This document shows positions 33,489 to 42,247 of a DNA stretch of 43,094 nucleotides, one piece after another. Position numbers and translations under genes: made by a program. Where the stretch lies: positions 1-43,094 of the IMG/VR virus record IMGVR_UViG_3300050003_000007. One strand, 5' to 3'. Numbering within the stretch: the first letter of the stretch is position 1; each line of letters begins with the position of its first letter. This stretch comes from a virus (taxonomy: Duplodnaviria > Caudoviricetes). Under the pieces are notes generated by a model. It was not told the origin of the DNA, ran no database searches, and worked only from the letters and a program-made list of their open reading frames with translations.

Positions 33489-35498
33489 TTACGCCGGGCG
33501 GGTGAAGACCCAGTCGGCGTCGAAGTTGTGCGGGAAGTAGTAGCCGGTGTTCGGGACGGCCACGACCGACTGCGACTGTCCCGCGGTCAGAGCGGTCTGC
33601 GCACCCGGGGACAACGTGGTGCCCGCGGCTCCCAGCGGACCAGCAGCCTGGGTCTTGTACGTGACACCGGTGACGGTCGGGATGGTGATCACACCGGTAC
33701 CCGACACGAACGTCGGAACGGTTGGCGTGGCCAGAGTGCCGGTACCACGCACGATGACCTGAGCCCGCTTGTGTCGCTGCAAAGCACCAGACACGCGGGT
33801 TTCGATCAGGTACTTGTACTGGTTGTAGTCGATGTCGAAGTCGTCGAAGCGGGCGATCTCGCCGCCTCGAGTGGAGCCGACCGCGTAGTCGCTGAGGTTG
33901 ACCAGGATCATGAGGATCTCGCCGCCCTCGCGTGTGACACCCTCCATGGCCGGAACCTCGACGATGTCGGACACCATGAGTTCCGCGGCCAGTTCGGCCT
34001 TGGTGCGGAACAGACGCCTGTTCATGCCGTCCTTGGCGAGCAGCATGTCCGTCATGACCGCGTTAGTCATGTACGCCGTGGGGTTGGTGCCCTTGTAGTC
34101 GTTTCGGGCCCGCAGGACAGCCTCGACCAGGTCGATCGCGCCGACATTTGCCGCCACCTCGACCACGTCCGTGTAGAACTCGTCGTCGTGGGCGATCGGA
34201 CGGATCTTGTCCTCGTCGATCTTGTCCTCGTCGTCGATCTCACGGCCGTCACCGACCAGGATCGCGCGGGCGAGCTCCTCACGGAGCATGAAGTACATCT
34301 CGCCCCACAGCCACTGCACGACATCGAAATCCGTGATGTCGATGATGTCGTCGCGGTCGAGCTTCTGCTTCTTGTAGATGGTCTTGGGCGAGGTGGACCG
34401 GGTCGACAGGGTGAAGTACTGCTCTTTCTTCAAATCACCCTTCACGTAACCCTTGGCCCTGGCCTCGTCGTGTGTCAGGTCGGCCGAGAGGGACTTGATG
34501 CGACTCCACGGGAGCTTGTTCGTGCCGTTCAGAACCGACTCGACCCACTCCATCCGCCGAGTGATCCACTCGGGGGTGTTGTTGATCGCTCGAGCGTCCG
34601 GGAACAGGACCTCGATGTTGGTGATGCCGTAGTCCTCGGCGTGCGAGAGGAACGACGCCTTGAAGGAGCCCAGTTTGGCTGCGTCGTCCACCAGCGTTTG
34701 CAGCTGGGAGTGCGTCAGGGTTCCGCCGCGCTTCACGTCGCCGGCGTCCTGCTTGTCGTTCTGCTCGAAGACGTTGCGCGTCATCGTACCTTCCTCGTTG
34801 CTGTGCTTGACCTCCGACTCAGCGTCGTCGGCCTGAGTGTCGTCGGTCTTTTCGGAGTCGTCCGTGGACTCGTTGTCCTCTTCTGACTCCTTGTCTTCGT
34901 CAGCTTTCTGCTGACCGTCCGATTGCTCGGCCGAGCCGAGAGCCTGGGACAGCATGACCTCGAAGAGGGCCTTCTGCTTGTCGTTCAGCGTGTCGAAGAC
35001 GTCCTGGTACGTCTCGGCGTGCTCCAATTCCAGCTCGATCTCGAAACCGGAATGGATGATTGCCTCGTCGTCCAACGTCTCGACGATCATGTCCGCGCCG
35101 TCCCCGTGCGCAACACGGACATAATCGATCTTGGCGCCCTTGTTGGCTCCCTTGAGAACCAGGCTGACCTCACCCAGTTCGCCGTGAAGAACGGTTTTGT
35201 TCTTCTCCACCAACTGCGTGGCGTAGATCGAAAGGGCGTTGATGTCCTTGTGCTCCACGAGAGCCTTGGCACTCTTGGCCGCGTCGGTCTCGTTGAAGAA
35301 GCAGTATGCGTACATTCCCTTGTCGCGGTGCTCCAGCGTCGCATGCCCCAAAATGTTTTCGGGGCTGTTGTGCTGGTGCTGCCACACAAGAGGAATCTGC
35401 TGCTTGTCCATGTGTCGGAATGCCTCGGGCGTGATCGTTCGCCCGTCCGAGCACTTGAGACCGAAACTCGTTGCGTAACCACCGAAATCGTGGTTCAC
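33489..35498 (-). CDS. Prohead protease - scaffold - major capsid fusion with C-terminal Ig-like domain
   Basis: HK97-type protease (PLVWQH, LSI, EVSLVLKGAN), acidic linker, capsid domain (EELARAILVGDG, FDIDYNQYKYLIETR). Confidence 0.9.
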   Translation of the reverse strand: MNHDFGGYATSFGLKCSDGRTITPEAFRHMDKQQIPLVWQHQHNSPENILGHATLEHRDKGMYAYCFFNETDAAKSAKALVEHKDINALSIYATQLVEKNKTVLHGELGEVSLVLKGANKGAKIDYVRVAHGDGADMIVETLDDEAIIHSGFEIELELEHAETYQDVFDTLNDKQKALFEVMLSQALGSAEQSDGQQKADEDKESEEDNESTDDSEKTDDTQADDAESEVKHSNEEGTMTRNVFEQNDKQDAGDVKRGGTLTHSQLQTLVDDAAKLGSFKASFLSHAEDYGITNIEVLFPDARAINNTPEWITRRMEWVESVLNGTNKLPWSRIKSLSADLTHDEARAKGYVKGDLKKEQYFTLSTRSTSPKTIYKKQKLDRDDIIDITDFDVVQWLWGEMYFMLREELARAILVGDGREIDDEDKIDEDKIRPIAHDDEFYTDVVEVAANVGAIDLVEAVLRARNDYKGTNPTAYMTNAVMTDMLLAKDGMNRRLFRTKAELAAELMVSDIVEVPAMEGVTREGGEILMILVNLSDYAVGSTRGGEIARFDDFDIDYNQYKYLIETRVSGALQRHKRAQVIVRGTGTLATPTVPTFVSGTGVITIPTVTGVTYKTQAAGPLGAAGTTLSPGAQTALTAGQSQSVVAVPNTGYYFPHNFDADWVFTRPA
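33663..33689. repeat. 27-bp exact repeat shared by the tail and capsid genes (copy 2)
   Basis: Identical to 32113-32139. Confidence 0.85.
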
Positions 35499-35539
35499 TA
35501 CGGTCTCCTTTCATGTTCTCGATGTCGAGCGACTAGCGC

Positions 35540-36799
35540 TCAGGACGGTGGCTCGCCAGCGGCCTTCACTAATTGAAGTGGAGGCTGTTTTTGAGCCGGT
35601 GGACTGTTCAGCCCGAGTTCGGATTCAGGCATATTGCTGTTTCGAAGCTGATCGGCTTTCTTATCCTTGGCTGGAGGCCTACCGACGATTTGGCGCATCT
35701 CGTTGGAGGACAAGATTTCATTCCGTGTGAATTTATCGGCGATCTCAGCCAATTGTTCCACGGGAATCAGGGCAAACGGATCATAGAAGTACATGATGCT
35801 GTGTCCCTGCGTCCTTGCTGTCTTCGTCAAAAATGATCGGCGCATCGCTTCCACAATCGCATCCATGATGGGTTTGATGGTGCGATGGAAATAGTTCAAC
35901 ATCACCGGTTGGGTTGCGGTACCATCCATGACTTCTTTGGTAATGCCCAGTTGGCTGTACAGAAGCTCGGTCAAATACTCAACCTGCTTCAGAAGATTGT
36001 TTTCGGATGGTCGATTCAGCTGAACAACCTTTTCGGTACCGTCTGTATAAGCGATACCATATTGGCTGCCTTTCAACTGGAACTCGATATCCTTGCGCCT
36101 TTGTTCTGCCTGTTGCCGACGAGTTTCGGACTTGATGGTGTAGGGAAGCTGGATAATCAAATCCAGTTTTCCTGAACTCGATTGCTCATCCACAGCGTCG
36201 AGAAGATTCAACTTTCGAATCAATCGCTGAAGAGTCGAGTTGGGTTCGTTCATCACCGCATAAAGAGGATTCTCCACAATTGCAGTGTACCTCTTGGATA
36301 CGGTGACTTCTTCTTTCATCATTGTTTGTTCGTTGTAGACCAAAACTCGAACCGTATCAGGAGCCCACTGCATGATCCTACCGACTCGCATGGTCTTGAT
36401 GTCGAAACTTCCTGACAATCTAGGATTGACAGTAGTGTCGATGGGGACCAACGCAATGACGCCTTCATCAAACAGCGTTGATACCATATCTTGCCGGAAA
36501 TGACGAGCACCTTGGTCGATGTTCGCTTCCAAATTCAAGCACTCGTTGAGTCCGCTGTTGACCTCAGAGTCATAGCGGCCCTGATCATCGAGCTTGACAT
36601 GCTTGATCACCAGGTCGGAGACGTCGATAGCGATTCGAGTGAGGATAGACGACAGAATCGTCTTCTCGCTCGTGAACCTGTGACGAGTCCTATCCGGCCG
36701 AGAGCCGTAAGCTGTTGCTGTTGTAGACTGATACGGTTCGGGTTTGTCCAGATTGAAAAACACATTCCAGGCGTGCGCCAACCGGCCGAAAACGTTCAC
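35540..36799 (-). CDS. Portal protein
   Basis: 419 aa between TerL and the protease-capsid gene; HK97-like C-terminal ILSSNEMRQIVG. Confidence 0.9.
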   Translation of the reverse strand: MNVFGRLAHAWNVFFNLDKPEPYQSTTATAYGSRPDRTRHRFTSEKTILSSILTRIAIDVSDLVIKHVKLDDQGRYDSEVNSGLNECLNLEANIDQGARHFRQDMVSTLFDEGVIALVPIDTTVNPRLSGSFDIKTMRVGRIMQWAPDTVRVLVYNEQTMMKEEVTVSKRYTAIVENPLYAVMNEPNSTLQRLIRKLNLLDAVDEQSSSGKLDLIIQLPYTIKSETRRQQAEQRRKDIEFQLKGSQYGIAYTDGTEKVVQLNRPSENNLLKQVEYLTELLYSQLGITKEVMDGTATQPVMLNYFHRTIKPIMDAIVEAMRRSFLTKTARTQGHSIMYFYDPFALIPVEQLAEIADKFTRNEILSSNEMRQIVGRPPAKDKKADQLRNSNMPESELGLNSPPAQKQPPLQLVKAAGEPPS

Positions 36800-36815
36800 G
36801 CGGTACCTCCTCCCG

Positions 36816-38561
36816 TCACTCGAACGCCTCCTTGTTCAGTTTGTAGGCCACGTAAGCGTCCATCATGGCCGCCACGTTGTCGATCTTTTCCTCAGTACGC
36901 TTCTTCAACAATTTGCGGTTACCATTGGTATCTTCCAGAGTGATCGCATTGCCCATAGTAAAGGACATCAAGTCCTCATCAAATATGAGCATGCGTTCTT
37001 CACTCAATTTCTTCAGTTCGCCCAAAGGGACCGATTCTGTTCGAGCTCCCTGGATGACTTTCTCAATTCCATATGGTCCGTTTTCTTGTTCCCATCGCGT
37101 CACGAACTCTTTCGAGTTATACGGGTCGAACCCGAAACATCGAATGTCATATCGCATGGCAAGAATATGTTGATCGAGATCGTCGTACACCTCCATCATG
37201 TCGAGGACTGTACCCTCGAGCACGTGGAGACTTCCTTCTCGCCTAAACGTTTCGTATTTGTGCCGCAAAGCACCGGGAAGTTTCATCAAAGTGAGCGATG
37301 AAATATAACTACGCGTTTTGATTCCGAATTCTCCACGAGGGAGAGGAAACAAGAAAGTAAACGCACAGAAGTCATCGCCTTGTGAAAGGTCGGCACCTAG
37401 AGCGCATGGAAGATCCCAGAAATCATGTCTTCCATGTGGAATTGTTTCTTCGTACGTGAAGAAGTAGGTGTAGCCTTCCATCGGAATACCAAAACGCTTC
37501 GCTAAGATGTCGTTTCTTGCAGCGGGCGCTTTCTCCGCACGTTCCACATCCAATTGATACGTCTCATATGTGACCGTTCGGCCTATGTTTGGCTGAGCTT
37601 TTACCCACATATCCGGATCAGCAACTTCGGTCAGCTCATCCAGTTTATAATGCCAGATAGAAACATGCGGTGCCGAATAATCGCCCTTGAGAATCTCCTG
37701 CAACTCCAACTTAATGGTGTCGCCCGAGCCGTTTCGAACCGTTCCTTCTGAACTGATGGCAATGATAAGGTAATCGTCCAGTTTAGACGCACCTTGCTCA
37801 ATTGCTCCGATTACGTCTTCGCGAATATCTCCCGAAAGCCACTCATCGATGGTGGAAATCTTCGGTCGAAGTCCTTGCAATTTCGCAATGGACATGGGGC
37901 GGATTTCTAGCAGACTACCCGTGAGAAAGTTTTCAATACCCTTTTTAGTCGCTGCAAGTTTCTGACGAAGGAAACGGTTGCCCGTCGTATTCTGCATGGA
38001 TCCTTGGGTCAGGAACTTAAACAACGGACCTTTTGCGCGGGTAATTGCTGTTCGAAACGGAGCCATGACTTCTTCGGCTTGTTTCATTGTTGGAGCGGTA
38101 GTAATCTGATGGGTGGTTGTTGTATCCACATTCAGAAAAAATGCTTGGAAGCATTGTGCATACATAGACTTGGCTGCGCCACGTGCCACGATCAAATATT
38201 GCTTCGTGATCAGACGTTTTTTAAGTGTGCGGGTTACGTAATGTCCTCCAGATCCATCATCGCCTGGTTCCCACACAGATCTATCGACGTAATAATACCA
38301 ACCCAACACTTGCTCGGCCCACAGTTTGAATGTGGGAAGTAAATGCAGATCAGTGCCGTCAGTAAGTGTCAACTCGCCTTCGCAATAGAGTATGAAACCG
38401 TTAACGGCATTCGAATCGTACCAGAAAGCAGGGTTCGCGATGAGCGCGTCGATCCGGTTCATCTCCGCCGAGATTTCACGATTGACAGGAATCTCTCCAC
38501 GAAGAACAGCGTCCCTGAACAAACCGTAATAGTGCGGCGTCGCCGTGTTCGACAACGACAT
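36816..38561 (-). CDS. terL: Terminase large subunit
   Basis: VARGAAKS Walker A variant, TIDE Walker B, GADLS...DF nuclease motif, KIDNVAAMMDA. Confidence 0.93.
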   Translation of the reverse strand: MSLSNTATPHYYGLFRDAVLRGEIPVNREISAEMNRIDALIANPAFWYDSNAVNGFILYCEGELTLTDGTDLHLLPTFKLWAEQVLGWYYYVDRSVWEPGDDGSGGHYVTRTLKKRLITKQYLIVARGAAKSMYAQCFQAFFLNVDTTTTHQITTAPTMKQAEEVMAPFRTAITRAKGPLFKFLTQGSMQNTTGNRFLRQKLAATKKGIENFLTGSLLEIRPMSIAKLQGLRPKISTIDEWLSGDIREDVIGAIEQGASKLDDYLIIAISSEGTVRNGSGDTIKLELQEILKGDYSAPHVSIWHYKLDELTEVADPDMWVKAQPNIGRTVTYETYQLDVERAEKAPAARNDILAKRFGIPMEGYTYFFTYEETIPHGRHDFWDLPCALGADLSQGDDFCAFTFLFPLPRGEFGIKTRSYISSLTLMKLPGALRHKYETFRREGSLHVLEGTVLDMMEVYDDLDQHILAMRYDIRCFGFDPYNSKEFVTRWEQENGPYGIEKVIQGARTESVPLGELKKLSEERMLIFDEDLMSFTMGNAITLEDTNGNRKLLKKRTEEKIDNVAAMMDAYVAYKLNKEAFE

Positions 38562-38574
38562 CGTTACCTCCTTT

Positions 38575-39051
38575 CTAGTACATATCGCTCATATCGAATA
38601 TCAAGCGTTTATCACCCCAGGTTGCTGCAATTCGATTGAAATACAATCTACTGGGAAGAGCTGGTGTTCGATATAGCCCTCGGTAAGAAGAATCGTCTTT
38701 GATCGACGTAGCCGATCCGGCAGGACCGATAGTCGCATGCGGTTTGTACTCAGGGAATTCGCCAGTATCCCACTTCTCAACAAGATTTCTTGCGAGAAGA
38801 AGCTGCGGAGTGGGATATAGTGTCAAAACGTCAACGCGTTCGATCTCGCCCCACTCTTCCACGCCCATGACGTTCAAAGAAAACGATCCAGTGATCCTGG
38901 CGGCTGAGACAGCATCTTTCGCCAGTGCACCGAAATCACTATCGCTACGATCCGCAATTGGACCGACATACGCCAAAGTCATGTGAGGGAAATCTTGTTT
39001 ACACCACGAGCCATCTTGCGGAAGAAACACGATCATGGCGTCGTCGCTCAC
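38575..39051 (-). CDS. 2H phosphoesterase (2'-5' RNA ligase / LigT-like)
   Basis: Two HxT motifs, PHMTL and YKPHATI, about 80 aa apart. Confidence 0.8.
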   Translation of the reverse strand: MSDDAMIVFLPQDGSWCKQDFPHMTLAYVGPIADRSDSDFGALAKDAVSAARITGSFSLNVMGVEEWGEIERVDVLTLYPTPQLLLARNLVEKWDTGEFPEYKPHATIGPAGSATSIKDDSSYRGLYRTPALPSRLYFNRIAATWGDKRLIFDMSDMY

Positions 39052-39410
39052 GCAGCACCGCCTGTCGCTACTTTCTTGGCTACCGTAGCCGCCACTTTCT
39101 TACCGAGAGAAACCTGAACCTCACGCTTGCCAATCTCCAACAAGGTGGAGGCCATCCAACGTCGAATGGCAGGCTTCTCATTCACACTGAGCCGCTTGAA
39201 TTGTTGCTCGAGATTCATACGGTTGATTGCTTGTTGAAGTTCTGCGTTGGAGAGCGCCTTGGGCTTGCTGCGCTTCGCGCGTGCGCGAATATCCAACGCC
39301 GTTTGTGCGTCTTTGGAAGGACCTTCCTTCGGCAGCTTGGCTGCTTTCTTGGTCCCCCATTTCATTCCCTTGACGCCGTAATGCGCGAGGAATTCTTCCG
39401 TTGCGGACAC
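39048..39410 (-). CDS. HYGxKGMKWG-motif protein
   Basis: GTG start with AGGAGGAGG; EEFLAHYGVKGMKWG; LSNAELQQAINRMNLEQQF. Confidence 0.8.
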   Translation of the reverse strand: MSATEEFLAHYGVKGMKWGTKKAAKLPKEGPSKDAQTALDIRARAKRSKPKALSNAELQQAINRMNLEQQFKRLSVNEKPAIRRWMASTLLEIGKREVQVSLGKKVAATVAKKVATGGAA

Positions 39411-39421
39411 ACCTCCTCCTT

Positions 39422-40201
39422 TCACTTGGCGGTGATCCAGTCCGTTCCGTTGTGCCCATGCATACGGGCATTCACCCAACTCGAACCGTTCCAAACCTTT
39501 GCTTGACGAGAATCCCAACTCGAACCGTTCCAAACTTTGGGTTTGCCAGTTCGATTAGGAACAATCGGGGTATTCATCCAATCCACTGCTTCCGAATTGG
39601 ACAGGGTTCCCGACAAAATTCGAATTCCCGAAATAGCCACATTAGGATCGGAATTTGTGTTTGACATATCCGGATTATAACCACTGACCCAGGGGAAATT
39701 TTCCCAACTTACAGCGGAAGTTCCGATTCTTGCTGCTTCTTGGATGACGACACCATCGACAAACCATGCGTATCGATCATCGGAATCCACGTTCACAATA
39801 TGATGCCATTGAAAGTCAGATAGCAACGTTCCGCTTTCACGAAATATCGTTTGGTCTCTCCATCGAGCCATCCAGAAAACAGTGTTGCTGGATGCATTGA
39901 TGGCGTGTTTGGTGGAATCTGAAGCACGTGTTTTGTGAATCACGTCCGTGTAATTGGTGTGACTCGCAAACAACTTCACCCATGCCATCGTGCAAATTCC
40001 GCCAGCAGCCATTGGTGGTTCTAGCCCTGTGCGTCCGTAATTGATGGTTTGTCCAGTACCTGAAAATCTCACAGCTCGGGTACCAGTTTGGGGACCATCA
40101 ATATAGGTCGGTGTAAAGTTGGCTGAAGCGACAATCCCGTTACCCGACGTATCGGCGAGATTGTCAAGAAACCCCCACTCCCCAAGCAGGACGTGAGTCA
40201 T
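39422..40201 (-). CDS. LamG / concanavalin A-like virion protein with triple W-repeat C-terminus
   Basis: DTSGNG, TMAWVK, QWHHIV, FVDG, ALS-like LSNSE; KVWNGSSW repeats. Confidence 0.75.
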   Translation of the reverse strand: MTHVLLGEWGFLDNLADTSGNGIVASANFTPTYIDGPQTGTRAVRFSGTGQTINYGRTGLEPPMAAGGICTMAWVKLFASHTNYTDVIHKTRASDSTKHAINASSNTVFWMARWRDQTIFRESGTLLSDFQWHHIVNVDSDDRYAWFVDGVVIQEAARIGTSAVSWENFPWVSGYNPDMSNTNSDPNVAISGIRILSGTLSNSEAVDWMNTPIVPNRTGKPKVWNGSSWDSRQAKVWNGSSWVNARMHGHNGTDWITAK

Positions 40202-40677
40202 GCGCTTGTGTCGATCCAGACATCGCCCACGGACGGCGAAGACGGTGCCGTACTGGCGACTGTGATAGCCGGACCAGTATAATCAACACCATCTTCGCCA
40301 GCGGGTCCTTGCGGACCTTGAATTCCCTGGGGGCCTTGAGCTCCGTCAGCACCGTCCTCGCCTGCAGCGCCGTCTTGCCCATCCAAACCCGGAATGCCCT
40401 GCGGTCCGGGATCGCCTTGAAGAGAGAGTAGCCATTGGTTCACAGTGCCAACGAAGCCTTGGGCGACCGCGATTTGATACGCGGATTGTCCATCGACCCC
40501 AGGAGCACCCTCACCGCTGAGATAGCCGAGTTGCAGCCAGTGACTCGCGCCGTTTCCGATCTTCAGTTTTCCCGTGTCAGTTTCGACGCCGGGTTCTCCT
40601 GATTGCAAGATCGGATTGGTAGCCAACCACTGAGCAGCAGTGCCTCGGCGTAGTTTGAACGTGTATGGCACCGCCAC
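40198..40677 (-). CDS. Short collagen-like fibre with Mtd-type N-terminal domain
   Basis: LRRGTAAQW...NPILQSGEPGVETDTGKLKIGNG; GQSAYQIAV; about 14 G-X-Y triplets. Confidence 0.82.
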   Translation of the reverse strand: MAVPYTFKLRRGTAAQWLATNPILQSGEPGVETDTGKLKIGNGASHWLQLGYLSGEGAPGVDGQSAYQIAVAQGFVGTVNQWLLSLQGDPGPQGIPGLDGQDGAAGEDGADGAQGPQGIQGPQGPAGEDGVDYTGPAITVASTAPSSPSVGDVWIDTSA

Positions 40678-40680
40678 TCC

Positions 40681-41079
40681 TTACGGGCTTCCACCGTCTA
40701 GCACCGGACCCGAGTCCACAAGCTCATCCGGGTCGGTCCAGGCGATACTTTCTCGTTGGACGTTGATCCTCCATTCGAGCTCTTCGATTTGCTTCTGCAT
40801 CGCATCGACCAAATAGCCGATGGTGGGCGGATCGAAGAGCATGCGAACACGGAGGTAGACGTATGTCTTGACGTTGTTGAGGCGAAGGTCGCCCGCGAGG
40901 AAGTCGAACCAGACCGCTTCGTTGTCCTCGATCATGAAACCGCTTTGCGGACCAACACCCAACTGGTTCAGCGTACTGAATGCTGCGTTGATGTGCATGA
41001 TGATGTCCTGATCGAACGATGTGTAGTCTGCATCCAGATTCAGAACTTTTTTCGTGCTATCGAGAATGCTATCGGTCAT
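40681..41079 (-). CDS. Putative head-tail adaptor
   Basis: SILDSTKK...FDQDIIMHIN...LNQLGVG...RMLFDPP...ELEWR helical protein. Confidence 0.65.
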   Translation of the reverse strand: MTDSILDSTKKVLNLDADYTSFDQDIIMHINAAFSTLNQLGVGPQSGFMIEDNEAVWFDFLAGDLRLNNVKTYVYLRVRMLFDPPTIGYLVDAMQKQIEELEWRINVQRESIAWTDPDELVDSGPVLDGGSP

Positions 41080-41116
41080 TGCCCACCTCCTCTGGGGGCT
41101 ACCATTTTGACCAAGG

Positions 41117-41875
41117 TCAGCCGGCGGTACCGAGGACCCTCAGGTCCGCGAAGTTCTCCACGATGTCCGGGTCGCCGCCCTTCCTGGCGATCCAGTACTG
41201 GAGACCCTTGAGCTCGGTCTCGTCCTCGATGTGCCGACGCGTCAGACCGTCGCCGACCCAAATGCCCGAACCGTCCGCGGCATGGGCAATCACCAGGTTT
41301 CTCACGTTGTCGTCCAATCCTGCGATTTGTCTTGCACGGGTGATGATCTGCGGGAGTTGCGAAATGCGACGATCCCCAGGGCAGACCTTTCCCGGGTACT
41401 TCGTCCAGAGTTCTCCGCCGGAGACTCTTCCGCCGTAAGCATATCCGGCCCAATTGCCGTCGATGCCTTGGCGATGGAAACCGATTCCTCGAGAACCCGG
41501 CTTGCTGTCCGGGCATCTCTCAAGGGGAATGCCGTGCGTGAGATGTGCCCACACACAGATTTTTGCGATCGATTCGATTTGCAGTTCCGTGAAGAGAGGA
41601 ACGGCGTGGCCATCGTTGATGTTCCAAGGAAGGAACGATGAATCACGGTCGGCGTTCTCGATGGCGATCACGCGGGAGTTACCTTCGAAGTTTGCCGCCG
41701 AAGCGAACTGCGTATCCCGCGATTGGTAGATGTGCCCATCACCACGAGTAGAGAAGTGCGCGGCATGTGCTGGTGCTGAACCAACAATGGTATGCAAACA
41801 CACAACGTCGTAACGGGACATCTTGCCGTTGTCGTGATGCGGACCGACCCATTCGGCATCGGACATTCTCGCCAT
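41117..41875 (-). CDS. Endolysin, N-acetylmuramoyl-L-alanine amidase (Amidase_2)
   Basis: CLHT, AHF...G-x-IYQ, IAIEN, GFHR, KVCPG zinc-ligand pattern. Confidence 0.88.
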   Translation of the reverse strand: MARMSDAEWVGPHHDNGKMSRYDVVCLHTIVGSAPAHAAHFSTRGDGHIYQSRDTQFASAANFEGNSRVIAIENADRDSSFLPWNINDGHAVPLFTELQIESIAKICVWAHLTHGIPLERCPDSKPGSRGIGFHRQGIDGNWAGYAYGGRVSGGELWTKYPGKVCPGDRRISQLPQIITRARQIAGLDDNVRNLVIAHAADGSGIWVGDGLTRRHIEDETELKGLQYWIARKGGDPDIVENFADLRVLGTAG

Positions 41876-41885
41876 GGAGTTTCTC

Positions 41886-42239
41886 CTATCGGGCTGAAGG
41901 CTTCAGCACCGACATGGCGTCGACGGAACTGAGGCCAGCGGACTCGAGGCGCCGCTGCAGACCCCGCTCGTCGCCCCACTCGCCGTTCTGGACCTGCTGG
42001 GCCAGCTCGAAAGCCGAAGCGCGGTAAGCGGAAGGGGCTCCGCGGGACAGTCGGTAGTTGACCTTGGTGAGGACCTCGGACGCGTCGTAGCCGGCCTCGC
42101 TGAGTCGGGTCCGAAGACCATCGTAGGAACCCCAGCTGCCGCGAAGAACCTCGTTGGCCACGACGTCCACGGACTTGAGCTCGACCTCGGAATCCGATTC
42201 GGTCGTCTTCTTGGCTGCGGTCTTGGTCTTGGGTGGCAT
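41886..42239 (-). CDS. Stand-alone CW_7 (Cpl-7-like) cell-wall-binding repeat protein
   Basis: VANEVLRGSWG...RLSEAGYDASEVLTKVN and LAQQVQNGEWG...RLESAGL. Confidence 0.72.
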   Translation of the reverse strand: MPPKTKTAAKKTTESDSEVELKSVDVVANEVLRGSWGSYDGLRTRLSEAGYDASEVLTKVNYRLSRGAPSAYRASAFELAQQVQNGEWGDERGLQRRLESAGLSSVDAMSVLKPSAR

Positions 42240-42247
42240 GACTCTCC

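Noticed and set aside
39475-39535. 22-bp direct repeat CCCAACTCGAACCGTTCCAAAC with 39-bp period, superficially CRISPR-like
   Set aside because: Only two copies with a 17-bp spacer, in frame within a CDS and encoding the VWNGSSW repeat
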